Of a stretch of 47,644 nucleotides of DNA, positions 26,763 to 36,047 are shown in pieces; the first letter of the stretch is position 1, and every line of letters starts with the position of its first letter. Origin of the DNA: a virus. The stretch is taken from IMG/VR virus record IMGVR_UViG_3300029845_000021; one strand, given 5' to 3'. The position numbers and the translations under genes were made by a program. The notes under the pieces were generated by a model, which did not search any database, was not told where the DNA came from, and was given only the letters and a program-made list of their open reading frames with translations.

Positions 26763-27257
26763 TTATTTGTTTGTTTCCGGCGCATCCTGCTTTGCTTCCG
26801 GTGTTTCCTTTGATATTCTTCCCGACTTTGCCGCCGTTGCCAACAATCCCTCGGCTTTCAGTTCTGCAAGAATTTCGGCTTTCATAGCTTCTTTCATTGC
26901 TTTTTTCTCTGCCTCTGCTGCCTCTGCTTTGGCTTTTGCACCGGCTTCGGCTTTCTTCTGTTTTTCTGCCTCCAATTTAGCCTCGTTTTCCTGCAACCAT
27001 TTGTTCGGGTCGTGCATTACATCAACGGTAAAACCCTGCTTTCTCAAATTGTGCAACCCAAAAGATTCAAAGAACTTTTTGCCGAAAACCTGCATACGTG
27101 GTTTTGAAATTCTTTCGCCCGTGTCTTGGTTGAATTTCTTAACCTCAATTCGGCAATGATAACAATCTTCCTCGCCCTTTGGTACAATAAAATTTTCCGG
27201 GGTAACGTCTAAAATATTGACGTCTTTAATTTGCCCCTCCTCTGTTCTCACTTGCAT
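26763..27257 (-). CDS. Hypothetical head-module protein with an A/E/K-rich helical region
   Basis: 164 aa containing EAKLEAEKQKKAEAGAKAKAEAAEAEKKAMKEAMKAE. It overlaps the portal gene 3' end by 32 nt. Confidence 0.5.
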   Translation of the reverse strand: MQVRTEEGQIKDVNILDVTPENFIVPKGEEDCYHCRIEVKKFNQDTGERISKPRMQVFGKKFFESFGLHNLRKQGFTVDVMHDPNKWLQENEAKLEAEKQKKAEAGAKAKAEAAEAEKKAMKEAMKAEILAELKAEGLLATAAKSGRISKETPEAKQDAPETNK

Positions 27258-28947
27258 ACTCGTAAAATTTATTAGTTATTACTTTTATTTTCTCGGAAAA
27301 TGGTATTTGCGTTCCAAATTCCAAAATATTTGTATTTTCTCGCTCAAATCTGCGAACAAAATTAGCAAAATTCAGTTTTACACGCAATTCCGGTTCGCTA
27401 ATTATCTGTTGCCCATATAAATTTAATACCTCGGCACGGGTTAAATGTCGGTACGGCTCCAATTCTGCCAACACTAACATACGTTGTAATTGGGTCGAGT
27501 CGTTCCGGTACTCCGTTTCGATAATTTGGTTTTGCATTGCGTCCAATTCTGCCTCACTTGCTCCGGTTTCCTTTGCTAACTTGTAACGTTCCCGCAACTC
27601 CATTGCATCGTAAATATAAAATTCCGTGCCTAAATTGATTTTTGCAGAAACAAACAAATTGCCGTACCTCAATCGGCAAACCGTTTCATCAACGAATTGT
27701 TGCGCCGCCTCAAATCCTTTCTTTACCCGGTTTAAAATTGTGCTTTGGCTCTCAAAATTTGCTTTTATCTGTTGTTCGTTCAATGCGTCCCGTGTTGTTA
27801 TTTCCTCATTCGTTCCGACAATAGACGTGATAATATTGTTGCGCAATCGCTCTTCCTCGGCAACATTATAATCCAAACTATTACGGTCAACGGTCAACAT
27901 CTGAACCGGGTTGCGCAAATCCGGTTGTTTGTCGCCATCGGGAACGGGTATTTCAACAAAAGAACCAACCCCGGCAATTCGTTTGTCGCCACATTTCGGG
28001 CAACGCTCTAATATCCCGGCTTGGTCTAACTTGTAACGTCCTTGTTTGTCTTTCAAAAACCCGCCGTCGCAATAATCGCCATTTTCTGCGTTGCTGAAAT
28101 CGCAACTTTGTTCATAGCCGGAATAAATAGGATATGAACCGTACATATCCAAATGCCGTTTTGATATATGATAAAACAGATACCAATCCATGCTTTCCAA
28201 CTGCTCGGTCAATGGCGACGCCTTAACATCGGGTTCCCTCAAACTTATTGCCTCATTCCAAAAGAAACGGGCGGGGGTATAACCTAAATCGTGGGGGCTG
28301 TCAATCAGCAAATCGCCAATATTCCCGTCTTTCTCCGTAAATACCCGGTATCTCTCATCGTCAATTACTGCAATACGTTTGTCGTCCTGCTTGAAAATTA
28401 TCCATCGCATAACGCCCGTTACCGGGTCTGCATCAAACGTTATTACCTGCTCAATTGGCAACCAATAGAAATACGGACGGGGGTATTTATCGGCGGCGTC
28501 TTGCTCCGTTGGCAAATCCACAATTAGAACGCTGTTAATTTCGGTTTTGAAATATTCCCACCCTTTAGAACTCCAAATTTCCGGCTCCCTTAAAACGTTC
28601 TGTCTATAATACTCCCAATCGTCCCTTTGTCCGCTCTCCATAAACTGATAATTGAACGCCGGGTTACGACCGTCAAAAATTCGGCTCAACTTATCAAAGC
28701 AAATTCCCGTTACCTCGTTGGTCTTAACGGGGTAACGGAAAAGAGTTTTGAAAATTTTAAACTTATCGTCGGGTATAAGGTTTGAAACGAAATTCAGAAA
28801 ATCCGTTAACGGTTGACTGATATACGGCGAAACAAAGGTTTCGGCGTGAAACTTAATGCGCTGTTGGTGTACAATCGCACGGTTAATCGTCGCCCCTTTC
28901 TTTTGCTCCGTAATCTGTTTTTTTATGTCGTTTATACCTAATCCCAT
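27226..28947 (-). CDS. Portal protein candidate (start moved to the ATG at 28947; the track start at 28965 is TTG)
   Basis: 573 aa located between TerL and the scaffold/capsid genes. The call rests on size and position. Confidence 0.6.
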   Translation of the reverse strand: MGLGINDIKKQITEQKKGATINRAIVHQQRIKFHAETFVSPYISQPLTDFLNFVSNLIPDDKFKIFKTLFRYPVKTNEVTGICFDKLSRIFDGRNPAFNYQFMESGQRDDWEYYRQNVLREPEIWSSKGWEYFKTEINSVLIVDLPTEQDAADKYPRPYFYWLPIEQVITFDADPVTGVMRWIIFKQDDKRIAVIDDERYRVFTEKDGNIGDLLIDSPHDLGYTPARFFWNEAISLREPDVKASPLTEQLESMDWYLFYHISKRHLDMYGSYPIYSGYEQSCDFSNAENGDYCDGGFLKDKQGRYKLDQAGILERCPKCGDKRIAGVGSFVEIPVPDGDKQPDLRNPVQMLTVDRNSLDYNVAEEERLRNNIITSIVGTNEEITTRDALNEQQIKANFESQSTILNRVKKGFEAAQQFVDETVCRLRYGNLFVSAKINLGTEFYIYDAMELRERYKLAKETGASEAELDAMQNQIIETEYRNDSTQLQRMLVLAELEPYRHLTRAEVLNLYGQQIISEPELRVKLNFANFVRRFERENTNILEFGTQIPFSEKIKVITNKFYEYASENRGGAN

Positions 28948-29098
28948 AATCTTTGCTAAATTCAAAATTTGAGTTTTCCGGCAACTGCCATCCGCCGTTA
29001 TTTCCCATCATCAACAAACGTTCGGCGTGCGTTATCTCAAATTCTCGTTTCATATTGTGTTGGGGACAAACCAATAAAACTTTTGTTGTCTTTCCCAT
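28883..29098 (-). CDS. Small hypothetical protein (71 aa from the ATG at 29098) overlapping the portal start by 65 nt
   Basis: ORF MGKTTKVLLVCPQHNMKREFEITHAERLL... The long overlap makes either its 3' part or the portal start uncertain. Confidence 0.35.
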   Translation of the reverse strand: MGKTTKVLLVCPQHNMKREFEITHAERLLMMGNNGGWQLPENSNFEFSKDYGIRYKRHKKTDYGAKERGDD

Positions 29099-29115
29099 AA
29101 CCAACCCCCTTATTG

Positions 29116-29760
29116 CTATGGTGCCGCTTTTAAATCTGTTAGCGGGTTGAAATCCTCCGGAACAATAATTGCCAAATCATCCGACCAATTCGGCAAAAAT
29201 GCCCATTGAATGTTGTTGCTATCCGGTGCCTCATATCCGCCCAATGTTTTATCGCCGATAAACAAAGAACGTATTGGAATCGGATAATGGGTTGTTGCTG
29301 TTTTTGCGTCTTGAATTGCTCCAATTGCGCCGTTTTCGTCAAACAGATAAACGCCCAAATTGTCGCCCCAACTTTCGCACTGCAATTCTTTCAAAGCCTT
29401 GATAATTTTCTGTGGCAACTTTCGCATAACCCCGGTAAATGGCGTTGGCTCACGTCCCACAATTTCCTCAACGCCTCCCAATGTTTCGTTACCACCTCCA
29501 AACGTTCTTGCTGCGCCTGCTTCTGCTGTCGGGGCTTGAATGTATGGGGAAATAACAATCTTTGTATCATCGTCAGCCGCCAACAACGGCGTCCACGACG
29601 CTTTTTTTTCAATACCTGCATCGGTTTTAAATGAATTTTTTTCTCCTGTGCTTTTGTACAATCTTTGAAATGCTACTTTCTGAATCTGCCCAAAACTTTC
29701 CGGGCAATTACTTACGGGAATATCGGGCAAAGCCGTACCCGCCGGACACTTACAAATCAT
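29116..29760 (-). CDS. Hypothetical virion protein (214 aa) between terminase and portal; tail-tube candidate by elimination only
   Basis: ATG start, preceded by a -7-like box. No tail-tube-sized gene was recognised in the usual position. Confidence 0.55.
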   Translation of the reverse strand: MICKCPAGTALPDIPVSNCPESFGQIQKVAFQRLYKSTGEKNSFKTDAGIEKKASWTPLLAADDDTKIVISPYIQAPTAEAGAARTFGGGNETLGGVEEIVGREPTPFTGVMRKLPQKIIKALKELQCESWGDNLGVYLFDENGAIGAIQDAKTATTHYPIPIRSLFIGDKTLGGYEAPDSNNIQWAFLPNWSDDLAIIVPEDFNPLTDLKAAP

Positions 29761-29833
29761 AATCCTAAAATTTTAATATTTAAAACTCGTTTTACTATCT
29801 CTGGGGCTAACTCTTTACCCCATTTATCTTTTG

Positions 29834-29841
29834 CAAAGTTA
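29834..29841 (-). promoter_or_regulatory. Isolated -7-like box TAacTTTG upstream of the 214-aa gene (no proper -33 element)
   Basis: Minus strand reads TAACTTTG. The only upstream TTTA sits at the wrong spacing. Confidence 0.3.
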
Positions 29842-29883
29842 TAATAACTTTCCGTTAAACTCTTGCGTATATGAAATAAATTG

Positions 29884-32418
29884 TTAGTTACGACGTTTAA
29901 CGCCCCTTGTTGCTTGGCTGTATGGTCGTGTATCGCCGTCCGCCAACTCTTTTTCGTATATTCCGGTCAATCCGTCCTCCGGGTCGTCATGGGCATTTGC
30001 AGGAAAATCACGCAAAAACCCGGTCAAATGTTCGTGTATCTTTGGAAAACGCTGTTCCCATCCAATCGGCATTATTATTTGTGCATTTACCATCGCTGAA
30101 TTTGTTATAATTCGGCTTTCCTTGTTTGCCCCTTGATAAAATGGTTCTGTTACTGCTTTTATCTTTTTCCTTATAACCTTTTCAAAGCCGGAACCGCCGT
30201 TGTTACTTTCAATCCATGCTTTTTGCGTTCCGCATCTGTTTATCATATCCGGGACGGTAACGGCTGTTATTTCTGTGTTTTCCTGCGTAAATACCATGTC
30301 GGTAATTAGCGCATACAAAATTGGTTCAAACCGTTTCTTTTGTTCGTTCCATGCCTCATTACCGGATTTGTAAATGTCATAACATGCCGAAAATGTAAAG
30401 TCGTCGCCCTCGTCGGCAACGTCTGTATAATTTCCGCTACGTACATACGTCCCCCATTCGGATTTGTCAACGTATGTTCGGAACGGGTTCCGGTACAATT
30501 TACCCTCTGCGTTTCCGGGGTTGCCTTGATACAAACATTGAAATTGTACGGGGTCTAACGCTCTTTGTCCCTCCAATTTTGCCCGGCTGTGTCGTCTATC
30601 CCATAACGCCGCCCCCGGTTCCCGTGGGTCAATCTCTGTAGGTTCCCCGGTTTTCAGTCCCTCAAAATTTATTCGTACCCATGCGCCCGCCGGAATGTTC
30701 TTTACATCGTCCCAACTTTTAATATCAATTACGGTTTCCCCGCTTTTTTCAATACGTCCAATCAAATCATCATCATGCCAACGGGTAAACACAATTAATT
30801 CTTGGGAATCATTATGCAAACGGGTACGTACAACGGTCGTGTACCATTTCCACGCCGCATTACGTACAATCGGGCTGTTGCCCTCGGCATAATCTTTGTA
30901 AACGTCGTCCAAAATAGATACATCAACCGTTTTTGACGTCAAAGAACCGCCACGACCGACAACACGCAACAAACCCTTATGCCCAACCATTTCTATGACG
31001 TCAGAATTTCGTAAATACGTATTAGCCATTGTTACGACGTTGGAACCGTTCAAATACGTTTCCGGGAACAATTCCCGGTAACTTGGCGTATCAATTATTC
31101 TTTGAACATCACGGTTAAAATCTCTCGCAATCGTTGCAGCATAAGAACCTATACAAATCTTTTTGTCCGGATTTAAACCCAACATGAAAGCGGGCAACTT
31201 CCGGCTTGAACCCTCACTATTATGCGTAGGAATAAACGTATCTCCAACCAGATAGATACCCCCATCTACTTGGATGCAATTACCATAACCCAAGCCCTCC
31301 TTTCGTTCAATAGAAACAATAGCACGCTTCTTATTTATAGACAATTTCGTTATCTTCTTACGTTTTACTTTTGTCGGGAAAGTCATTGTAGGATTAAAAC
31401 AGAGTTGATATACTATCTTCTTCCCTACTATTCCGCTACTACTAACCCTAGGTTTGAATTCACACACAACTACAGACTGACCTAATGAGCGTAATATAAA
31501 TGCTGCATCGTCTATAATCCGCTTGTTTGTGTTGGATATGGTTATACGTCCGTTTCTGTGATACACATACCCATCTGTATCAATTAATCCAGCAATCACA
31601 TTCTTGCGAACTTCAACTGAATTGTATTTATACATATCCGGTATATGTTTATTCTTAATTAGTCCATTATTTTTTAGTAAAAGATTCAATTCTGGGCTGT
31701 AGAACTTACGTGTTGTCGTGCCCTTACTTTCTTTGAACTTATATGTACTATTCCCTATTATTTCAACATCATTATTGCCAATGTGTATAATCCCACATGA
31801 GCTATCCCCATCTCCTAGCCACGCTCCTAAAACGTATGGGTCTAAATCTACATTCCGACTATCAAACATTACGCAAACATTACTATCTACATGGTATTTA
31901 TATCGGCTTCCTCTTTTTCCATCTCCATTATATATTGTGGAGGATGCCATATGCTTCGTTTCTATAGTTTCCTCTTTCTGTCGAAATCTATTATATACCG
32001 TCCATTCGTGATTGCCATGACATTCTATCTTTGCTCCATCAGAAAAAGAAACGACATATTCGCTTCTTGTTTTTTCTGACACCCATAAGACTTTAACCGG
32101 TGTTCCATCCCTACCAAACACGTAATCCCCTACAATTAAATCACCATGTTTTTTTAGCCCTTTAGTGGTAGCAACTATCTGATTATCTGATATTTCCTTA
32201 CCATGTTGAGGCGGCATTTGCACAATCATTTTTTTTATTTCCCCGTGGGCGAACTTATCAAGCAACGTATAATATACGACATGAAATGGTTCTAATACCA
32301 TATCGGGCTGCATATACCGGGCAAAGTTTATCAACCGCTTCCGGGCTGCTTGCTTTACCAATTCGCCGGGGTTTGATTTTATGAAAGAAGACATCTTCAT
32401 CATCTGTTCATAGTCCAT
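29884..32418 (-). CDS. terL: Terminase large subunit precursor interrupted by an intein (844 aa; 518 aa after splicing)
   Basis: Split Walker A PPQHGK/SEGSS, Walker B TVDVSILDDV, and nuclease-domain acidic motif YTDVADEGDDFTF. It follows the TerS gene. Confidence 0.85.
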   Translation of the reverse strand: MDYEQMMKMSSFIKSNPGELVKQAARKRLINFARYMQPDMVLEPFHVVYYTLLDKFAHGEIKKMIVQMPPQHGKEISDNQIVATTKGLKKHGDLIVGDYVFGRDGTPVKVLWVSEKTRSEYVVSFSDGAKIECHGNHEWTVYNRFRQKEETIETKHMASSTIYNGDGKRGSRYKYHVDSNVCVMFDSRNVDLDPYVLGAWLGDGDSSCGIIHIGNNDVEIIGNSTYKFKESKGTTTRKFYSPELNLLLKNNGLIKNKHIPDMYKYNSVEVRKNVIAGLIDTDGYVYHRNGRITISNTNKRIIDDAAFILRSLGQSVVVCEFKPRVSSSGIVGKKIVYQLCFNPTMTFPTKVKRKKITKLSINKKRAIVSIERKEGLGYGNCIQVDGGIYLVGDTFIPTHNSEGSSRKLPAFMLGLNPDKKICIGSYAATIARDFNRDVQRIIDTPSYRELFPETYLNGSNVVTMANTYLRNSDVIEMVGHKGLLRVVGRGGSLTSKTVDVSILDDVYKDYAEGNSPIVRNAAWKWYTTVVRTRLHNDSQELIVFTRWHDDDLIGRIEKSGETVIDIKSWDDVKNIPAGAWVRINFEGLKTGEPTEIDPREPGAALWDRRHSRAKLEGQRALDPVQFQCLYQGNPGNAEGKLYRNPFRTYVDKSEWGTYVRSGNYTDVADEGDDFTFSACYDIYKSGNEAWNEQKKRFEPILYALITDMVFTQENTEITAVTVPDMINRCGTQKAWIESNNGGSGFEKVIRKKIKAVTEPFYQGANKESRIITNSAMVNAQIIMPIGWEQRFPKIHEHLTGFLRDFPANAHDDPEDGLTGIYEKELADGDTRPYSQATRGVKRRN
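31219..32196 (-). mobile_element. Intein (aa 75-400 of TerL) with a LAGLIDADG homing endonuclease domain; class 3-like (no N-terminal nucleophile)
   Basis: C-terminal THN followed by Ser+1. LAGLIDADG motifs LGAWLGDGDS and IAGLIDTDGY. Block B reads GNHEW and block F reads YGNCIQV. The first residue is Glu. GC is lower than in the exteins. Confidence 0.8.
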
Positions 32419-32488
32419 ATTTTACAATTTGATAGCTTTTTGTTTGTTTTAGTAACGCACTTTTTTGTCCGTTGTGGATTTAGCACCC

Positions 32489-32722
32489 TTACTTACGTTT
32501 TGAAATACATTGATTCCTTTTCGGTTTCCATTTGTCACAAGCCTTTTCCGAACGAATCATACTTCTATTATCTACATACGGACATTTAATGCAAATAGGC
32601 TTTCCTTCAATATCCAAATTTGAATGAGTATAGTAGTACTCTCCCCAACCGCAATCCCCACAGATATGCACAGGCTTCGGTTCATCCTTTTTCTTTACGT
32701 TTGTTTTAGCTGTTCTTGCCAT
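32489..32722 (-). CDS. Small zinc-ribbon protein between TerS and TerL
   Basis: 77 aa containing CGDCGW...CIKCPY. Confidence 0.55.
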   Translation of the reverse strand: MARTAKTNVKKKDEPKPVHICGDCGWGEYYYTHSNLDIEGKPICIKCPYVDNRSMIRSEKACDKWKPKRNQCISKRK

Positions 32723-33254
32723 TACCGACCTCCTTTCCTTTTTGTATCTTATTAAATTCTGCCTCCTGTAATTTATCGGCTATGTCAAATAATACATCTT
32801 CCGGCAAATCCTCAAAGCAATAGTTGTGGCTCTGTTCCTCAGCAGGTTTAGTTTCTTGCGCTTCTACCCTCTGCTTGTTTACCCATTTTTTCGGTGCAAC
32901 ATTTGTCAAAGCAAATATCAATGCTCCGGTATCCGGCTGTATATGCTTAACCTTTGTGCGTTGGCTTTTTATCTTTGGGTTTCCGTTACTATCACTGACA
33001 TATTCTGTATCTGTTTCAGTAACCTCATATCCCATTGCCCTTTTCCACAAGGTCGCTTCTAATTTCCCGGTAATAGTTGCTAAAAACTCATCTTTAGACT
33101 TTTTAATGCGTTCCGAGAATTCCGGCTTCGCCTTTATCCAATCGTGGAACGTACTATCTCCAATCCCTGCTTTCTTGCAAGCTAATTTCTGACTATCTCC
33201 GTCCCTAATATACGCACATATCGCTTCAACGGTCTGTTTGTTATACTTTGCCAT
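32706..33254 (-). CDS. terS: Terminase small subunit
   Basis: N-terminal HTH (TVEAICAYIRDGDSQKLACKKAGIGDSTFHDWIKAKPEF) and the motif ATLWKRAMGYEV, located upstream of TerL. Confidence 0.7.
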   Translation of the reverse strand: MAKYNKQTVEAICAYIRDGDSQKLACKKAGIGDSTFHDWIKAKPEFSERIKKSKDEFLATITGKLEATLWKRAMGYEVTETDTEYVSDSNGNPKIKSQRTKVKHIQPDTGALIFALTNVAPKKWVNKQRVEAQETKPAEEQSHNYCFEDLPEDVLFDIADKLQEAEFNKIQKGKEVGNGKNS

Positions 33255-33306
33255 AGTTTTAAGTATTATTTTGGGTTATGTTTATTAATGCATCTAAAGA
33301 GGGGTT

Positions 33307-34527
33307 TTACTCCCCGCTTATTTTTTTAGCCTTCTTCCCGGTAAACTGCTCCCACCTTGCAAGTATAACATCGCAATAATGCGGGTCTAACTCCATCATG
33401 TAGCATTTACGGTTTACTTGCTCGCAAGCAATAATGCTTGTACCGCTTCCACCAAATGAATCCAATACTATATCTCCCTTCTGACTGCTGTTCTGTATCT
33501 GATAGGCAAACAACTCAATAGGCTTCATTGTAGGATGCTCTGCGTTCCGGTTTGGTTTGTTGAATTCCAACACTGTTGTTTGCTTTCTGTCTGAATACCA
33601 ATTATGACTCGCTCCGGCTTTCCATCCGTACAAACAAGGCTCATGCTTCCATTGGTAATCTTGGCGACCAATTACCATAGCATTTTTGCTCCATATCAAA
33701 CATTGCTTCATTAACCAACCGCAATGCTTAACTGCATATCTAAAATTGTACCCCTCAATATCGGCGTGCCAAATGTAAAAGGATGCACCTTCTTTCAATA
33801 CCGAATCAGCTGCCATAAACGCATTTACTAAGAAATCTCTAAAGCTGTCATCATTCATTTCGTCATTCTGTATAGTTAGTGCATCTTTTGTCTTACCTTC
33901 GTATGCTACATTATACGGTGGGTCGGTAATATACAAATCTACTTTCTCTCCGGAAAGCAGTTCTTGAATCATGGATGCTTTTGTACTATCTCCGCACATC
34001 AAGCGGTGGTCGCCAAGCTGCCATATATCTCCCGGGTGACATCTTTGCTTTGCTTTTACCTTGCTGATGTCGTCTTCTTGAATATTCCTTTTCGGTGGTT
34101 CGTTAAACCATCCCTTTGGGGTTTCAATGTTCCATGCCATTATTTCGTCTTTGCTCCAATCCTTTGCAAGTTTTGCCCAATCTGTTTGTCCGGTGCTTTC
34201 ATTATCCAACAACGCCATACGGCGTAATTTCTCAACCGGGGTATCCTCCGGCAAAGCAATAATTGGCACCTCCTTACGTTTCAAAGCCCTTTGTGCTTCT
34301 AAACGTCTATTACCACCTATAACGACGTAACGACCGTTATATGGAAAACACAACGCCGCACGTGCAATTGTCATTTCCGGCAAATCCTCAATACTCTTTT
34401 CCAAATTGCGCTGCTTTGCATCCTCTCTCGTTCTCGGATTTTCCGGAACGCTGGGTATTTGTCCCTCGTTGTACTCTAATAATTCTATCGGTACAAACTG
34501 AATCTGAATTTCATTGTTATTTTTCAT
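33307..34527 (-). CDS. ParB-like nuclease domain fused to a DNA methyltransferase (beta-class N6A/N4C, DPPY)
   Basis: ParB N-domain RYVVIGGNRRLEAQRALKRKEVPII. Motif IV is LYITDPPYN and is followed later by motif I, VLDSFGGSGTS. Confidence 0.85.
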   Translation of the reverse strand: MKNNNEIQIQFVPIELLEYNEGQIPSVPENPRTREDAKQRNLEKSIEDLPEMTIARAALCFPYNGRYVVIGGNRRLEAQRALKRKEVPIIALPEDTPVEKLRRMALLDNESTGQTDWAKLAKDWSKDEIMAWNIETPKGWFNEPPKRNIQEDDISKVKAKQRCHPGDIWQLGDHRLMCGDSTKASMIQELLSGEKVDLYITDPPYNVAYEGKTKDALTIQNDEMNDDSFRDFLVNAFMAADSVLKEGASFYIWHADIEGYNFRYAVKHCGWLMKQCLIWSKNAMVIGRQDYQWKHEPCLYGWKAGASHNWYSDRKQTTVLEFNKPNRNAEHPTMKPIELFAYQIQNSSQKGDIVLDSFGGSGTSIIACEQVNRKCYMMELDPHYCDVILARWEQFTGKKAKKISGE

Positions 34528-34644
34528 AAACTTTCTTTCTTTAGGGTTTTTATTCCCCGGTTGATACTTTTATTGTCTTTTGTATTTTCGTCGCCCTACG
34601 GGGCTAATTTTGGCTTTCTTTCGTTCCGGTACCTAAACGGCAAA

Positions 34645-34665
34645 GCCCCGGTTTAATTCCGGGGC
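34645..34665 (-). terminator. Intrinsic terminator ending the DNA-metabolism operon
   Basis: Minus strand reads GCCCCGG-AATTAAA-CCGGGGC followed by TTTGCCGTTT. The plus strand also has a T run after the hairpin. Confidence 0.6.
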
Positions 34666-34670
34666 GTTTT

Positions 34671-34973
34671 TTATTCTTTTTCCATTTTGTCGGTTTTCAA
34701 CAATGGGTAAATACTTGTTACCCTAACTGACGGCGTACCGTCCTTTTTGTCAAACCTAACTTCATACGAAAAATTGCCGTTGTGTTCTGCCTTGATAACT
34801 TCTATCTTTCCGGGCTTTCCGTTGTATTTTATTCTATCGCCTTTTTTAAACGGACAATTTTCTGTTATGTAACTTTCTGCGGCTTTTTCTCTTTCCTTTC
34901 TGTTGTACTCCAAAGCCTTTTGTTTTATCTCGGCTAATTCTGCCATTCTGTTTACAAATGTTTCTTTATCCAT
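34671..34973 (-). CDS. Hypothetical protein (100 aa)
   Basis: ATG-initiated ORF, last gene before the terminator. Confidence 0.55.
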   Translation of the reverse strand: MDKETFVNRMAELAEIKQKALEYNRKEREKAAESYITENCPFKKGDRIKYNGKPGKIEVIKAEHNGNFSYEVRFDKKDGTPSVRVTSIYPLLKTDKMEKE

Positions 34974-35024
34974 ATAGCTTTAATTTATGCGTCTGTTCCC
35001 ATGTAATTTATTTTTTTGTTGGTT

Positions 35025-35513
35025 TCATAATATGTTCTTTGGCTCATATTTCAAAATCAATATATCGGTTCCCATAATTTCGCCGGGGCATTTACCTAAC
35101 TTTTCAACCGCTTCTTTTATCATTTCATCAGCCCATTTGTCGGTTGCAACCATCGGGTTGTTTGCATGTTGCAAAACTCTATGTATCGCCAATCTTTCCT
35201 CGGCGTTTTGTGTTGTTCTGATATGTTTAATCAAATCCCCAATCGGTTGTTTGCTCAAATAATCGGCACACTTAAAACGGTCTTTGCAAATATTGCAATC
35301 ATCCGGGTAATTGTGTTTTGCATCCTGCGAACTCTTTTCGTCTGCCTTTCTGAATCCGTGCCATTCGTCACGGCGGGCGATTGCTTCCGTAAATACCGCC
35401 ATTGCATCAATACAAACTTGTGCCAAAATATAATCCGGGGTATCTCTCATTTCCTTTTCTAAGCCGTGCTTATTAATAAGTTCGGTTAGTTCTTGTTTAA
35501 AATCCTTTGCCAT
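35025..35513 (-). CDS. Hypothetical protein (162 aa)
   Basis: ATG-initiated ORF in the same-strand operon. Confidence 0.55.
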   Translation of the reverse strand: MAKDFKQELTELINKHGLEKEMRDTPDYILAQVCIDAMAVFTEAIARRDEWHGFRKADEKSSQDAKHNYPDDCNICKDRFKCADYLSKQPIGDLIKHIRTTQNAEERLAIHRVLQHANNPMVATDKWADEMIKEAVEKLGKCPGEIMGTDILILKYEPKNIL

Positions 35514-35522
35514 ATCTTTAAA

Positions 35523-36047
35523 TTATAAAGTTATTCTTTCTTGTAAGTCTAAAACCCATCCTTTGCCAAACCTCAATTTTACAATTTCAATTGCTTGTTT
35601 CAAAGCCTCAAACTTTGTATAAAATGCGTTTGTATTATCTCCGGGTTTATAGTTTTCCCATCTTATTGGGTCGTTCTCAATTTCTTCTTTCGTCAATTTT
35701 CGCATAACTTCAATTGTATATATTTCGTCGTATTTGCCTCTGTTCTTTTGGCAAATCTGCGCATATTCATCGCATATATACCCGCCGTGAATTGTCGTCC
35801 TATCTTCTTTTACTTCTGAAATAGTTATTCCATCGGCTTTTATTGCTGCATAATAATGAATGGCACCCGCCGCTATTCCACGGTATGACGAAATTTCAAT
35901 TCTAACTTTTCTTGGATTGTTTGTACTTACAATATAATTTGGTTTTGTTTTCAGAACTAAATCCAAACCATAATCAACCGGAATTACATCGGGTAAATTT
36001 CCGCAATCCAAAGACAAATCAACTGCATCTTTTATTGTTAATTCCAT
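35523..36047 (-). CDS. Hypothetical protein (174 aa)
   Basis: ATG-initiated ORF with tight spacing. Confidence 0.55.
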   Translation of the reverse strand: MELTIKDAVDLSLDCGNLPDVIPVDYGLDLVLKTKPNYIVSTNNPRKVRIEISSYRGIAAGAIHYYAAIKADGITISEVKEDRTTIHGGYICDEYAQICQKNRGKYDEIYTIEVMRKLTKEEIENDPIRWENYKPGDNTNAFYTKFEALKQAIEIVKLRFGKGWVLDLQERITL

